Below, piece after piece: positions 16,946 to 26,090 of a stretch of DNA of 40,966 nt. The notes below the pieces were generated by a model, which worked only from the letters and a program-made list of their open reading frames with translations, was not told the origin of the DNA and made no database searches. Numbering within the stretch: the stretch's first letter is position 1; each line of letters starts with the position of its first letter. The stretch covers positions 1 through 40,966 of IMG/VR virus record IMGVR_UViG_3300032320_000653; one strand, written 5' to 3'. This DNA is from a virus. Its lineage: Duplodnaviria; Caudoviricetes. A program made the translations under genes and the position numbers.

Positions 16946-18476
16946 GCAGATCGTCGTATAAGTCTATGATCTTTGCGTGAACGTCTATTTTATTATCTAG
17001 TAGCTTATAAACGTGACTCTCAACTGCTGCGCCAGCAAGCTGTACAACTGTTGAAGGATGCCTTTGTCCTGCACGATGGACTCGTGCATTAGCTTGGGCG
17101 TACGTTTCGAGCGAGGCAGTCGGCCCCCACCATACTACGGTGTTTGCCGCTGTTAGGGTCACCCCATGTGCTGCTGACTGGGGTTGAATAATTAGTACCT
17201 TCGGTTCCGGTGTTTCTTGGAACCTGCGGAAGATGTCCGTACGTTTGTTAACAGGCACGTCACCACGAATAACCTCGTTTGAGATACGGTCAACCGTTAG
17301 TTTTTCAGATACAAGGTCAATCGCATTCTTAAACGGCACGAAGACCAGCACCTTCTGACTCGCTTCCTCGATGACTTCCTTGAGGACAGCATATCGGTTC
17401 TTGATATCAAACTCGATGACCTCACCGTTGTCGGTGTAGACAGCACCACATGCTACTTGTAGCAACTTAGACATTGCCACTGCCGCGTTGACTGCTGTGA
17501 TCTGCTCACCGCCCGCTTGGACAACCAGCTTGTCTTTAAGTAGCTTGTAGTATTTTTTCTGCTGTGCAGTCAACTCGACCCGACGCCGTACGTAGGTCAT
17601 TTCAGGTAAATCAAGACAATCTTCTTTACTGAACCGGATCGCCGGTTGCAATACACGATGCACAATAGTCGTAGCTTCTGGCCTTGGTATCCACCGGAAC
17701 TGCGAAATCTTTAGTAGCACCATCTCCTTGAACGAAGACGCGAAGCGCGGTACTGAGTTTGGATTGATTAGTTTAGCCAGACCATACGCATCTACTGGAG
17801 ATTGTGCGGCAGGTGTACCAGTCAGCATCCACAGCCACGTGCGGGGGCCAACCAAGCGGTTCAAGCATTTCCAGCGTTTGGTCTGAGTGTTCTTGTAGGC
17901 GTTGGCTTCATCGACAACAATCAGGTCAAAGCCGCCCCGGTCGATCTCCTGCTCAACAGTCTCGACCCCATCGTAGTTGATGATGACGAACTCGGCATCG
18001 CCGTTGATGATTGCCTTGCGTTTATCTACGCTACCGTATGCGATATCTACCGTACGGTGCATGGCAAACTTAAACAGGTCTGCTCGCCACGCCGAATCCA
18101 TAATTGATAAGGGGCAGATCACTAGCACTCGCCGGATTCGGCCTATGCTCAACAAGTAATCAGCGGCCCAGATGACGCTACCCGTCTTGCCCGTACCTTG
18201 CTCGTTCAGGCATAGAGCTTTTTGGTTCAGCGTAAGGAATGATGCCGTTGTCTTTTGGTGATCAAACGGTTTGTACATCCCCGGCCATTTGTATTGTCCC
18301 AAGATGGGACTAGGCACGTTACGGATATTTAGTTGGCGTAAAGCCCGGGCTTCGTCCAGCCCCCAGTTAACTAGCACTTGATTGTTCCCTATGTCCTTGC
18401 TCTTCGGTATCTGGCTCGTGACCTTCGTTGGGTCACGTAGCTGTAGTAATAAGTCTTTGTTGTTGACGATCTGCAT
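16938..18476 (-). CDS. SNF2-family (SF2) helicase
   Basis: EQGTGKT, VVDEA, LTGTP, HGVTLTAA and QANARVHRAGQ motifs. Confidence 0.92.
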   Translation of the reverse strand: MQIVNNKDLLLQLRDPTKVTSQIPKSKDIGNNQVLVNWGLDEARALRQLNIRNVPSPILGQYKWPGMYKPFDHQKTTASFLTLNQKALCLNEQGTGKTGSVIWAADYLLSIGRIRRVLVICPLSIMDSAWRADLFKFAMHRTVDIAYGSVDKRKAIINGDAEFVIINYDGVETVEQEIDRGGFDLIVVDEANAYKNTQTKRWKCLNRLVGPRTWLWMLTGTPAAQSPVDAYGLAKLINPNSVPRFASSFKEMVLLKISQFRWIPRPEATTIVHRVLQPAIRFSKEDCLDLPEMTYVRRRVELTAQQKKYYKLLKDKLVVQAGGEQITAVNAAVAMSKLLQVACGAVYTDNGEVIEFDIKNRYAVLKEVIEEASQKVLVFVPFKNAIDLVSEKLTVDRISNEVIRGDVPVNKRTDIFRRFQETPEPKVLIIQPQSAAHGVTLTAANTVVWWGPTASLETYAQANARVHRAGQRHPSTVVQLAGAAVESHVYKLLDNKIDVHAKIIDLYDDLLA

Positions 18477-18715
18477 TACTTACCGTTTCGGCTACGATTT
18501 TTGTGCGGTGTGGTGAGTCGCAGATTACTTTTGTCGTTGCTCCCGCCTTTACTTAACAAAACTTTGTGGTCTATGTCCTTACCTTTTCGTTCGATCCCCT
18601 CGGCGTCATACATCCGACGTGCCTTCTGACGTTCCATCCGCAGGGGGTGCTCGCCCCGCTCCTTCTGTTGCGCGTACTCTTTCTTGTACGGACGTGGCTT
18701 ATTAACGTAAGGCAT
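18476..18715 (-). CDS. Small HNH endonuclease-like protein
   Basis: DIDHKVLLSKGGSNDKSNLRL...NRSRN; start at ATG 18715 (SD AAGGAG). Confidence 0.8.
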   Translation of the reverse strand: MPYVNKPRPYKKEYAQQKERGEHPLRMERQKARRMYDAEGIERKGKDIDHKVLLSKGGSNDKSNLRLTTPHKNRSRNGK

Positions 18716-18717
18716 TA

Positions 18718-19389
18718 CTAACTCCTTCCATTGTGGGGACAAGATAAAACTACGCAGTGGTTACGACACAGCCCGCTCGGCCTTGCGTTCCATACATCGT
18801 TGGTATAGGACGCCGCCATGCGCTTGCGATCTGCAATCCATTTACTCCAGCGAACATCTTGCTGGTCTATGTGGTAGTTATCTTTAAGGAAAGCGTTAGC
18901 CACTACAAATAACAAACCACCCTTAACCTTCTTAATCTCGGGGAAGTGCTTGAAGATAGCCAGTGCCATTAGTTCAAGCTGACCCTTGTCGGCATACTTT
19001 GTTGACTTGCCGGTCTTGTAGTCCACCACCCGTGCTTCTGCATTGTCACGATCAAGGATAACCAAGTCGGCAATACCCCGCCACCATACGTTCTCGTCTT
19101 TGAACCCGCAAGGTTGCAGGTCTTCGGTCAAACCCATCTCATATTCGCACAGCTTTTCTCCCGGCATCCGGTTGAAGTTGTCTAGTACTGACTTCGCATA
19201 GTTAAAGTGTGGGGGTAGGGGTGTTCCATCCCTGATATACAACTCGGCTGCTTCATGAAACTGCGACCCATACAGGGTCGCTTCCGTGGCCGACTCCTCG
19301 TAGTCCTTTACTACCTTGAGGTGGTAAAACTTTCTGGGGCATTGTTCATATGCCTTAATACTACTAAAGGACCACGGGGGTAGCTTCAC
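18718..19389 (-). CDS. PD-(D/E)XK nuclease (Cas4/RecB-like exonuclease)
   Basis: WSFSSIK..EQCP, G..H, GIADL, VVDYKTGKS, QLELMA and C-terminal CxxxC...CPH cysteines. Confidence 0.88.
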   Translation of the reverse strand: MKLPPWSFSSIKAYEQCPRKFYHLKVVKDYEESATEATLYGSQFHEAAELYIRDGTPLPPHFNYAKSVLDNFNRMPGEKLCEYEMGLTEDLQPCGFKDENVWWRGIADLVILDRDNAEARVVDYKTGKSTKYADKGQLELMALAIFKHFPEIKKVKGGLLFVVANAFLKDNYHIDQQDVRWSKWIADRKRMAASYTNDVWNARPSGLCRNHCVVLSCPHNGRS

Positions 19390-21207
19390 TCAACAATCTC
19401 CGTATCTACGGGAAAACCCTGCTTCACAGTTTAGCGGCAAACCTCTTGCCCACTTGGGAGTCCACCGCATACACTCCATGACGTACGCCATAGCTTCTTG
19501 AGCTTCTGCCTCGGGTGCTATACATGCGATGGCATCATGAACTGTCATGACAACACGGTACCTCTTAGCAATCCGCAACATTTGCTCTCCAATTATACAC
19601 CTCGCAACCGCTTGGCACACGTTCTCAATGACCTTGCCGCCGTAGATATATGTGAACCCCTTGCGAGTGCGATACATAAAAGACGGCCCCTTCTCTCCCG
19701 GCTCGACCTTTAGCTCGTCGTATCGCATGAGTAACCCGGAAGGTAACTTGATGGACGTGTTAGATACTCTGAGCACACCCTCTCGACCTAGCTGAGTCTC
19801 CTCACCATTGACCATGCCCTTGAGCGTTGCCTGAGCTTGTTGCCATAGGGCTACGATCTTGTCGTTAGTGGCGCGATACACGTTGATGATATGGCGTGCC
19901 TCGTCCAAGGTAATCTCAACCCCGGTAGTCTTTAGTGCCGATTGAAACTTAGCCGCACCCATGCCGTACCCTGCGCCGAGAATCGTAGTCTTACCGACGA
20001 ACCGCTCGGCCTTCGTAACCTCTTCGATGGGCTTCATATAGATAGCGGAGGCCATGATTTTGTACACGTCCTCGCCACGTGTAAAAGCAGTTAACAAGTC
20101 ATCCTGACCAGATAACCATGCCAACGTCCTCGCCTCAATCTGCGAAGAGTCAGAGTCGATCATCACGTACCCTTCAGGCGCGAGGATGCCTCGCTTGATC
20201 TTGCCACCATGCTCGCCCCGGCTTGGCAGATTCTGCATGTTGATCTTGTCGTCCCCACCCCACCGTCCCGTGTGAGCGGCGTAGTACCGTAGCGGAATCG
20301 GCAATGCCCCTCGACTGCTGATCTCTAGAAACCGCTCAGTCCTTGTCTCTTCCAACGTAGACTTAGTGCCTAGCCGCGCAGCTACAAGAGCTTGCACTCG
20401 CACGTCCGGGTGTTCCGCTAGTGCCTTGAACTCCTCGTCGTTCTTAGCTAGTGCGAGCGTCTCCTTACCTGTGGTTGGGCTTATCTTAGTAGGAGGAATG
20501 ACTCCAAACTCTTTAAGAAGGGCCGCGAACTTTGGGTTAGATAGCAACTCGGCTTTCTCCGCCCCAGTGTTATTTAATAGCTCCTGCTTTGCTAGTTGGA
20601 TATCCCGCAGGTGGTCGCGCATCAAGTCCTCGTCTACTTCTAGCACGGGGTCGATGAACATCCGCAATGTCAGATCAATCAGGCGCAACTCATCCCGTGG
20701 AAAGGACGGAGCCATAAGACCAAACAGGTTATAAGTTATGTCTACGTCATTGAGGCAGTAATCCCCATAGCGTGACAACTCCTCATCGCTGAAGTCTACC
20801 CGTCGCTTGCCCTTGGCATGAATAACTTCATCACCCTTAGCGCCTACCCCGTACCGCTCGGCTAATGCTTTTAACGAAGCACCTACCTCGACTCCGTGGA
20901 TAGCGCGTCCCATGCACAGGGTGTCTGCCCATATCTTCGCATCTATACCAAAGTGCCATTTGAGAATGGCCCCGTCAAACATTGTGTTGTGGGCAACCAC
21001 CATAGACTCGGCAAACGGAAACTGCTTGAGCCACTGACCCAACTCTTTCCTCGGCCCGCTGGCCCACTGCGTAGGCTCGTTGTCTACCTTTACACCTACT
21101 CCAATAACCTCAAACTGCGAGCTACGAACATACTCCTCCGTAGTTATCTTAGATAAGCTGAAGTCCTGATCGTAGTATGTCTCAAAATCAACAGTGATCA
21201 ATTTCAC
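19390..21207 (-). CDS. polA: Family A DNA polymerase with 3'-5' exonuclease domain
   Basis: Exonuclease motifs DFET, HNTMFD, YCLND; polymerase motifs HTGRWGG/NMQN, A (DSSQIEAR), B (RFVGKTTILGAGYG), C (VHDA). Confidence 0.95.
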   Translation of the reverse strand: MKLITVDFETYYDQDFSLSKITTEEYVRSSQFEVIGVGVKVDNEPTQWASGPRKELGQWLKQFPFAESMVVAHNTMFDGAILKWHFGIDAKIWADTLCMGRAIHGVEVGASLKALAERYGVGAKGDEVIHAKGKRRVDFSDEELSRYGDYCLNDVDITYNLFGLMAPSFPRDELRLIDLTLRMFIDPVLEVDEDLMRDHLRDIQLAKQELLNNTGAEKAELLSNPKFAALLKEFGVIPPTKISPTTGKETLALAKNDEEFKALAEHPDVRVQALVAARLGTKSTLEETRTERFLEISSRGALPIPLRYYAAHTGRWGGDDKINMQNLPSRGEHGGKIKRGILAPEGYVMIDSDSSQIEARTLAWLSGQDDLLTAFTRGEDVYKIMASAIYMKPIEEVTKAERFVGKTTILGAGYGMGAAKFQSALKTTGVEITLDEARHIINVYRATNDKIVALWQQAQATLKGMVNGEETQLGREGVLRVSNTSIKLPSGLLMRYDELKVEPGEKGPSFMYRTRKGFTYIYGGKVIENVCQAVARCIIGEQMLRIAKRYRVVMTVHDAIACIAPEAEAQEAMAYVMECMRWTPKWARGLPLNCEAGFSRRYGDC

Positions 21208-21424
21208 CTTGTACCTCTTTTAATTTGGCGGCGTAGTGTAGTGCCTTCTCGGCATCGTCAGTCGATCCGGCCTTGCGTCCCTGACGCATCGAGTACTTAA
21301 TGATGTTGCCCTTGAGAAACCCTACGAATTCCTCGTAAGTTAATATTGCTTGCATCGCATCCCACGGTGGAAACTCCATCTCTTTATAGTGGTTACCACC
21401 AACATGGATATCATCTGCCGTCAT
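21188..21424 (-). CDS. DUF3310 (SaV-like / T7 gp1.7-related) protein
   Basis: VGGNHY...PWD...FLKGNIIKYSMR...K...D.EKALHY pattern. Confidence 0.85.
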   Translation of the reverse strand: MTADDIHVGGNHYKEMEFPPWDAMQAILTYEEFVGFLKGNIIKYSMRQGRKAGSTDDAEKALHYAAKLKEVQGEIDHC

Positions 21425-21433
21425 TTCTATCCT

Positions 21434-21991
21434 TTAAATCATCAGTGGGCCGTTGAGCCACAAAGTTGCTGAGTACCTTACACCTCGTGTGACAGGTGTA
21501 ACCTTGTGCATTAGTTCGCTAGGAAATGCGACTATAGACCCCCGTTTGCGTGAAGCAGGGATTTTTTGTGTAAAGTCCAGTATCAAATCCCCACCCTCGT
21601 AATCGTCAGGGTTAGATAATTGCATGACAACCGATACCTTGCGGTGTTTGCCTTTCTCTTTGTTAAAAAACTCTTCGTCTCTATGCCAGTCGTAATGCCC
21701 ACCAATTAAGTATTCGCCAACCTGTGTTTGTTCAGATGTCTCAATGTCAAAACCCCAAACACCCTTAAAGTTAGCAATTAGTCCGTGCGTAAAAAGAAGT
21801 AATGTAATTGACGCTTGTTCTGGAATCCAACATAATCTTGCTTTACGGTGCTCATGTATAACTTGATTTGTGATATCGCCAATCTTTGCGTCCATTACAT
21901 TGGTTGAATTACGGAAATGATCAATAATTTCTTGGCATTTATCGGATTGAATGCACTGATCAAACTGCCATATCCTGGATTTGTATTTCAT
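21434..21991 (-). CDS. 2OG-Fe(II) oxygenase (prolyl-hydroxylase/PKHD-like)
   Basis: YDWHRD, RKVSVVMQL, YEGGDL, FPS..MHKVTPVTRGVRYS; ATG at 21991 overlaps the upstream stop. Confidence 0.92.
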   Translation of the reverse strand: MKYKSRIWQFDQCIQSDKCQEIIDHFRNSTNVMDAKIGDITNQVIHEHRKARLCWIPEQASITLLLFTHGLIANFKGVWGFDIETSEQTQVGEYLIGGHYDWHRDEEFFNKEKGKHRKVSVVMQLSNPDDYEGGDLILDFTQKIPASRKRGSIVAFPSELMHKVTPVTRGVRYSATLWLNGPLMI

Positions 21992-22134
21992 CAAAATAAT
22001 CCTTCTGGTACGTTGGATATATCCAACTTGGGTTTACGTTTGCGCTTGATTTTCTGCACGATGTGCGGGTATGGCGGCATATGCCAGACCCACCGTACTA
22101 CATTGCCTTCGTCGTCAAGGATTCCGTATCTCAT
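21991..22134 (-). CDS. Small hypothetical protein (47 aa)
   Basis: Manually translated: MRYGILDDEGNVVRWVWHMPPYPHIVQKIKRKRKPKLDISNVPEGLF*; fills the gap and overlaps both neighbours. Confidence 0.65.
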   Translation of the reverse strand: MRYGILDDEGNVVRWVWHMPPYPHIVQKIKRKRKPKLDISNVPEGLF

Positions 22135-22297
22135 TGTCGCCCTCGTCATCCATGTCTTTAATCATTTGATTCAGCGCAAACATCTGTTTCATTTTTTCCA
22201 TACTTTGCGCGTGAAGAATGTCCATTACTTCACTTAAGGCTTCGTTCGCCCCGTACAATTCTTTAATTTCGTCTTTGATTTCTTCTTTGGTTTTCAT
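22115..22297 (-). CDS. Hypothetical coiled-coil protein
   Basis: 60 aa, SD AAGGAG, ATGA overlap with the upstream gene. Confidence 0.65.
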   Translation of the reverse strand: MKTKEEIKDEIKELYGANEALSEVMDILHAQSMEKMKQMFALNQMIKDMDDEGDNEIRNP

Positions 22298-22629
22298 GTG
22301 TTTTTCTCCTTTAGTTTAGTTTCAATTAGTCTTACATATTGAGGATCGCCAGCGTAAACATAGGCTGACAGTTCAGCCACTTCTTCATCCGTCAGCCCGA
22401 CCCACGGGCGAGGAGATTTGTAAAGGGGCGTTACACCTTCAAACGGGTCGTGCGTGACCATTCCGTGTTTGTCATACCACGCCACCGGCTCCTGCTCTGG
22501 TTGCGCCAGCCTCTCGCGCAATGCGGCAACAACATCCCTACCCTGCTTGTACTCAGCCGGTGACGGGTTAAACGTCAGAAGTCCTCCAAAAGCCTCTAGC
22601 GCCTGTTGCATAAGTTCGCGGTCAGTCAT
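22294..22629 (-). CDS. Hypothetical phage protein (QEPVAW...WVGLTDEE...KLKEKN family)
   Basis: Motifs MTDRELMQQALEA, EPVAW, PWVGLTDEE, IETKLKEKN; ATGA overlap. Confidence 0.75.
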   Translation of the reverse strand: MTDRELMQQALEAFGGLLTFNPSPAEYKQGRDVVAALRERLAQPEQEPVAWYDKHGMVTHDPFEGVTPLYKSPRPWVGLTDEEVAELSAYVYAGDPQYVRLIETKLKEKNT

Positions 22630-22829
22630 AGCCAACTCCCTTGCAAAACATATTTTTTCTTACCCTTTTCCCATACATCAATTTGCCGTTCTTTAAGCCT
22701 TAAACGCTTGGCGTAATACTTAGCTCGACCTAAATGTTTGGTTGCAATAAAGTTCCTGCCGCCACCCTTTGGATATTCAATCCAACGACAACATACGTAG
22801 TACAGTTTCTTGGACCAGCAATGCTTCAT
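22626..22829 (-). CDS. Hypothetical basic protein
   Basis: 67 aa, ATGA-coupled on both sides. Confidence 0.55.
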   Translation of the reverse strand: MKHCWSKKLYYVCCRWIEYPKGGGRNFIATKHLGRAKYYAKRLRLKERQIDVWEKGKKKYVLQGSWL

Positions 22830-23224
22830 TTTTCCCCCCTTACTTTTATAGCAATTTGTTTATAGCCCTCCCGGCTAGGATGTACGCCGTCGCTTACATG
22901 AGTAATAGGTACCACAGTATCGCCGTACTGACTAGCTATATCCCATACAATATTTTGTATATCAGGTTTAATGGCGGGCAATATCCAGAACACTCTACCA
23001 ACAACCCTTTCCCTAATAAAAACCAACTCTGCCTTAGTCTTGATGCCCTTGTAGTCGTTACTACCCAAACTGATAACAACCGTCTTGGCAGTTAGATCAT
23101 TCTTGAGATAGTCTCGATTCCACTGCGAACTATTCCACCCACCCCTACTTAATGACACACACTGAGGCATCTGCCTGTGTAGACCTACAGCAATGCTGTC
23201 TCCTAATATCAAGCATTCAGTCAT
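22826..23224 (-). CDS. Minimal SGNH/GDSL hydrolase
   Basis: Block I ILGDSIA, block III SLGSND, block V DGVHP. Confidence 0.85.
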   Translation of the reverse strand: MTECLILGDSIAVGLHRQMPQCVSLSRGGWNSSQWNRDYLKNDLTAKTVVISLGSNDYKGIKTKAELVFIRERVVGRVFWILPAIKPDIQNIVWDIASQYGDTVVPITHVSDGVHPSREGYKQIAIKVRGEK

Positions 23225-23376
23225 TTCGTAGCCCCGAGTATTCCTTCCATGGAATATTGTCGGATCTCCATAAGTTTCTTGAGTACCTCTTCTTCAGTAC
23301 CCTCCGCTGCTAAATTCTGAAGTTCGCGTGCAGCGTTGTATACGTTGACGATTGCTTCTGCTAGTTCTTGAGTCAT
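23221..23376 (-). CDS. Small hypothetical protein (51 aa)
   Basis: Manually translated: MTQELAEAIVNVYNAARELQ...GILGATK*; ATGA overlaps on both sides. Confidence 0.65.
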   Translation of the reverse strand: MTQELAEAIVNVYNAARELQNLAAEGTEEEVLKKLMEIRQYSMEGILGATK

Positions 23377-23519
23377 GCTATTTTGTCCTTGAATCCGCTT
23401 GTGTGTAATCGCTTAAAGCAAGCCTCGCATTTCCAGCGAAACCCTTTACCGCTCGATAGTGGAACTTTGTGTATCGCTGGGTTCACTCTGCACTGTTGGC
23501 AGTTTTGTTGTGGAGTCAT
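23373..23519 (-). CDS. Small CxxC...CxxC zinc-ribbon protein
   Basis: CQQC...WKCEAC; start at ATG 23519 overlapping the upstream stop. Confidence 0.65.
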   Translation of the reverse strand: MTPQQNCQQCRVNPAIHKVPLSSGKGFRWKCEACFKRLHTSGFKDKIA

Positions 23520-23752
23520 GCGTTTTCCATGTCTATTAGTTTGTCTGCCATGTCCCACGCTCTTGCCGCTATTACTTCTTTTGAAGCAGCATCGTAGTCT
23601 TCGTGTTTTTCTTTGCTTACCGTTAACAAAGACATCGCCGCGTAAAAATACCTAGAGTCATGTATGCCGTGTATTGCATTCTCAACATCATCTAAGCTAT
23701 CCGCAATCCGGGTAAGTACTTCATGCAACCGTCCAAATTGTTCGTCGTTCAT
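23516..23752 (-). CDS. Hypothetical protein
   Basis: Start ATG 23752 (SD GGAGG); SRYFYAAM...IAARAWDMADKL resembles a common small phage family. Confidence 0.65.
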   Translation of the reverse strand: MNDEQFGRLHEVLTRIADSLDDVENAIHGIHDSRYFYAAMSLLTVSKEKHEDYDAASKEVIAARAWDMADKLIDMENA

Positions 23753-24003
23753 TTCCAACTTCCTCCACGTGCGGTCATCTGACCAGCTAGAAATGCGGCT
23801 TTGTATGCGCCATCGTTGGTGTTAGCTCGCATAAGTTGTTCCTTAAGGTGGTTAATCTCAGCTTGAGATTGTTCGGTTGCTGCATCCCACGCTGCCGTGA
23901 ACGCGTCATAAATGTGTCCTTCCATCGGGTGATACCCACCCATAGGCATGTTCTGCCCGTGAGTCTCTTTCCACCACTTCTGCCATGCTTCACCTTTAGT
24001 CAC
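23749..24003 (-). CDS. Hypothetical protein
   Basis: GTG start at 24003 after SD GGAGG; 84 aa. Confidence 0.6.
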   Translation of the reverse strand: MTKGEAWQKWWKETHGQNMPMGGYHPMEGHIYDAFTAAWDAATEQSQAEINHLKEQLMRANTNDGAYKAAFLAGQMTARGGSWK

Positions 24004-24187
24004 GACCACCTCCAAAAAATATGTTAAGACGATCCCGTAATGATGGGCGCAACGGGCCACCCCACAGTAAATGAGTTTGTAGTCGCTCCATATCCCACGA
24101 AATGATTTGATTTTGCGGGGGCGGTACGTACGCCGAACTAATTTTATACTTGTCCCAATCCTTTACTATCTTACCGTTGATTATCAT
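23996..24187 (-). CDS. Hypothetical protein
   Basis: 63 aa; ATGA overlap upstream and 8-nt overlap downstream. Confidence 0.6.
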   Translation of the reverse strand: MIINGKIVKDWDKYKISSAYVPPPQNQIISWDMERLQTHLLWGGPLRPSLRDRLNIFFGGGRD

Positions 24188-24432
24188 CCCTTGTCCTTTT
24201 TGTCGGTCAATTGTTTTGTAAGGCCCAACGCTTCTAATACGTTAGATGTACCGGCGTCTTCGACTTCCCTAAAAAAGATTTGATCATGCAATTTCTGTAG
24301 GTCGTAAATACAGTCGGATAAGAAATCAAGTTGGGTGACTCGGTGAATGTTCTCAAAGCCTTCGGCAATCTTTAGTTCGCCTTCACCCTTGTTGTCGTCC
24401 CACTTCAAGCTAATCAATGTTCTCTTCCTCAT
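24184..24432 (-). CDS. Hypothetical protein
   Basis: 82 aa, SD GGAG, ATGA overlaps. Confidence 0.6.
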   Translation of the reverse strand: MRKRTLISLKWDDNKGEGELKIAEGFENIHRVTQLDFLSDCIYDLQKLHDQIFFREVEDAGTSNVLEALGLTKQLTDKKDKG

Positions 24433-24716
24433 TTCGTCTCCAATAGCATAGCTTTAAGTTCGTTTACGGAACACGGACGTTTCCGTTTCCTGAATATTTT
24501 TCTTGCGGTCCAACCCCGCATCCATAAATGTCTAAAGTCTGGTTCGGCTCCGAGAGCCATGAGTTCAACGGTTGTCTTAGTCTCTCCCCCATAACTAACC
24601 CATTTATGCTCATCCACATAGTGCGGTATGTACATTGCGTTGCCCAACATGAAGATTGGTTCAAACTCATAGTCGGGCAGTTCCGTTTCGGTTTTACTCA
24701 GCTTTTGTACGATCAT
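24429..24716 (-). CDS. Hypothetical protein
   Basis: 95 aa, SD GGAG, overlaps neighbours. Confidence 0.6.
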   Translation of the reverse strand: MIVQKLSKTETELPDYEFEPIFMLGNAMYIPHYVDEHKWVSYGGETKTTVELMALGAEPDFRHLWMRGWTARKIFRKRKRPCSVNELKAMLLETK

Positions 24717-25389
24717 GTTCGCTCCAAATGTTACTCAGGGAATCACGCATTAGACCTGCCGCACTAATCAATACTGATTGTGCTAGTGAGTTAATAGCAA
24801 CCCAGTCAGGTGGCGAGAATGCCGTTATCTTTTGTAGCTGTGATGCGTCACGAATGATCTGGACGATGTTGCTTGAAGCGTCTGGGGTAAGCATTTCTTT
24901 CATGGGTCTGTGGTCCTTTAAAAATTTAGGGCTGCTTGTATCGTAATAATCAGATAAGTAAAGTTCGGCAACAACCTGCTCACTACCCTTGGGCAGATCG
25001 CGTAGGGTTCTATAGTTATCGGGTTCTTGGGCCATGACTTCTTTAAAATCTGGGCTGGTTGGGGCTTTTTCTTTAGCGGGCTTACGTTTTTTGGGTATAG
25101 ATACAACGGACGGATCATTTGCATCTATGAAACGAGCGTCAATGTCTACGCTTGGTTCACGGTATACCCAGAACACCCTTCCTTTTGGTTTGTCCCGTAC
25201 TTGTCTACGTATCAACGTACCATCAGTGGCTAGCTGACGAAGGACTGTTTCGACGGTTGATGAAGTTAAGTCTTGATGACGCACTTCAACCATAGGCACT
25301 TCACGCTTGGCATTAACAACAAAGTTATAAATTAACTCGCGTGAGTTTCGATTTTGTTTTAGTTCGGATTTGGGTTTTGGTTTGGTCAT
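24694..25389 (-). CDS. Hypothetical protein with possible N-terminal winged helix-turn-helix
   Basis: SRELIYNFV...LTSSTVETVLRQLATDGTLIR...FWVY resembles a wHTH. Confidence 0.55.
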   Translation of the reverse strand: MTKPKPKSELKQNRNSRELIYNFVVNAKREVPMVEVRHQDLTSSTVETVLRQLATDGTLIRRQVRDKPKGRVFWVYREPSVDIDARFIDANDPSVVSIPKKRKPAKEKAPTSPDFKEVMAQEPDNYRTLRDLPKGSEQVVAELYLSDYYDTSSPKFLKDHRPMKEMLTPDASSNIVQIIRDASQLQKITAFSPPDWVAINSLAQSVLISAAGLMRDSLSNIWSEHDRTKAE

Positions 25390-25425
25390 GTGTGGTAGGT
25401 AACTGGCATCTAAATATGGATGGTG

Positions 25426-25713
25426 TTAGGGAGTCCCTAACAGGATTGAATAAACTGAATCGACGTTCTCCTCGTTAATAACTAGGGCTATCCCCCCAGT
25501 CAATATGATCTGCTCAAGATTAAGGGCCTGTAATGGGGTCGGCTTGTTGGTCCCGGCCTTGCACTCAATCCCAAAAAACTTTCCCTTGTAACAGCCTACT
25601 ATGTCAGGCACACCGGACCGGCCATACCCCCCGGTGACGGGGTAGAAGTAATAGGCGTCCAACAACTTTAATTGCTGGACTACCTTCTTCTTGACCTTAG
25701 CCTCGGGAGTCAT
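25426..25713 (-). CDS. VRR-NUC domain nuclease (putative Holliday junction resolvase)
   Basis: TPEAKVK, GVPDI, GIECKA, PTPLQ, GGIALVI. Confidence 0.9.
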   Translation of the reverse strand: MTPEAKVKKKVVQQLKLLDAYYFYPVTGGYGRSGVPDIVGCYKGKFFGIECKAGTNKPTPLQALNLEQIILTGGIALVINEENVDSVYSILLGTP

Positions 25714-26090
25714 ACACCTACGAAATCACGCACACGTTCCCATAACGTGAGCTTGCGAGGGGGAGAGGCTTGCTCCGTAACCGTAAACACATACGTAGGG
25801 GGGTGGGGGTATGGGTATGCGTTATGCGCGGGGTCGGGCAGTGGCACAAACGGAACTTGATCCGTCCCTACTACTTTCTTCTTCCTCAAGCTACCAATAC
25901 CCGCCGCTTTATTGTCTTGCCAGCGAACGTGATACACGTAGTTAGCTGATACCTTAGCCTTGGCCGCGATCTCGGCAACGGGCATACCCATACCCAATAA
26001 CTTACGCACTCTAGTCGCCTTGGTCTGGCGCTTGTATGCGCGCTTCGGCTTGGTTGCTACTACTTCTGTCTGTTCATTTGTCGTGTTCAT
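25710..26090 (-). CDS. Putative HTH DNA-binding protein
   Basis: KATRVRKLLGMGMPVAEIAAKAKVSANYVYHVR; start at ATG 26090. Confidence 0.6.
   Translation of the reverse strand: MNTTNEQTEVVATKPKRAYKRQTKATRVRKLLGMGMPVAEIAAKAKVSANYVYHVRWQDNKAAGIGSLRKKKVVGTDQVPFVPLPDPAHNAYPYPHPPTYVFTVTEQASPPRKLTLWERVRDFVGV

Noticed and set aside
18476-18715. HNH gene as a homing endonuclease or intron
   Set aside because: Only 79 aa with no extra DNA-binding domain, and both neighbouring genes are uninterrupted.
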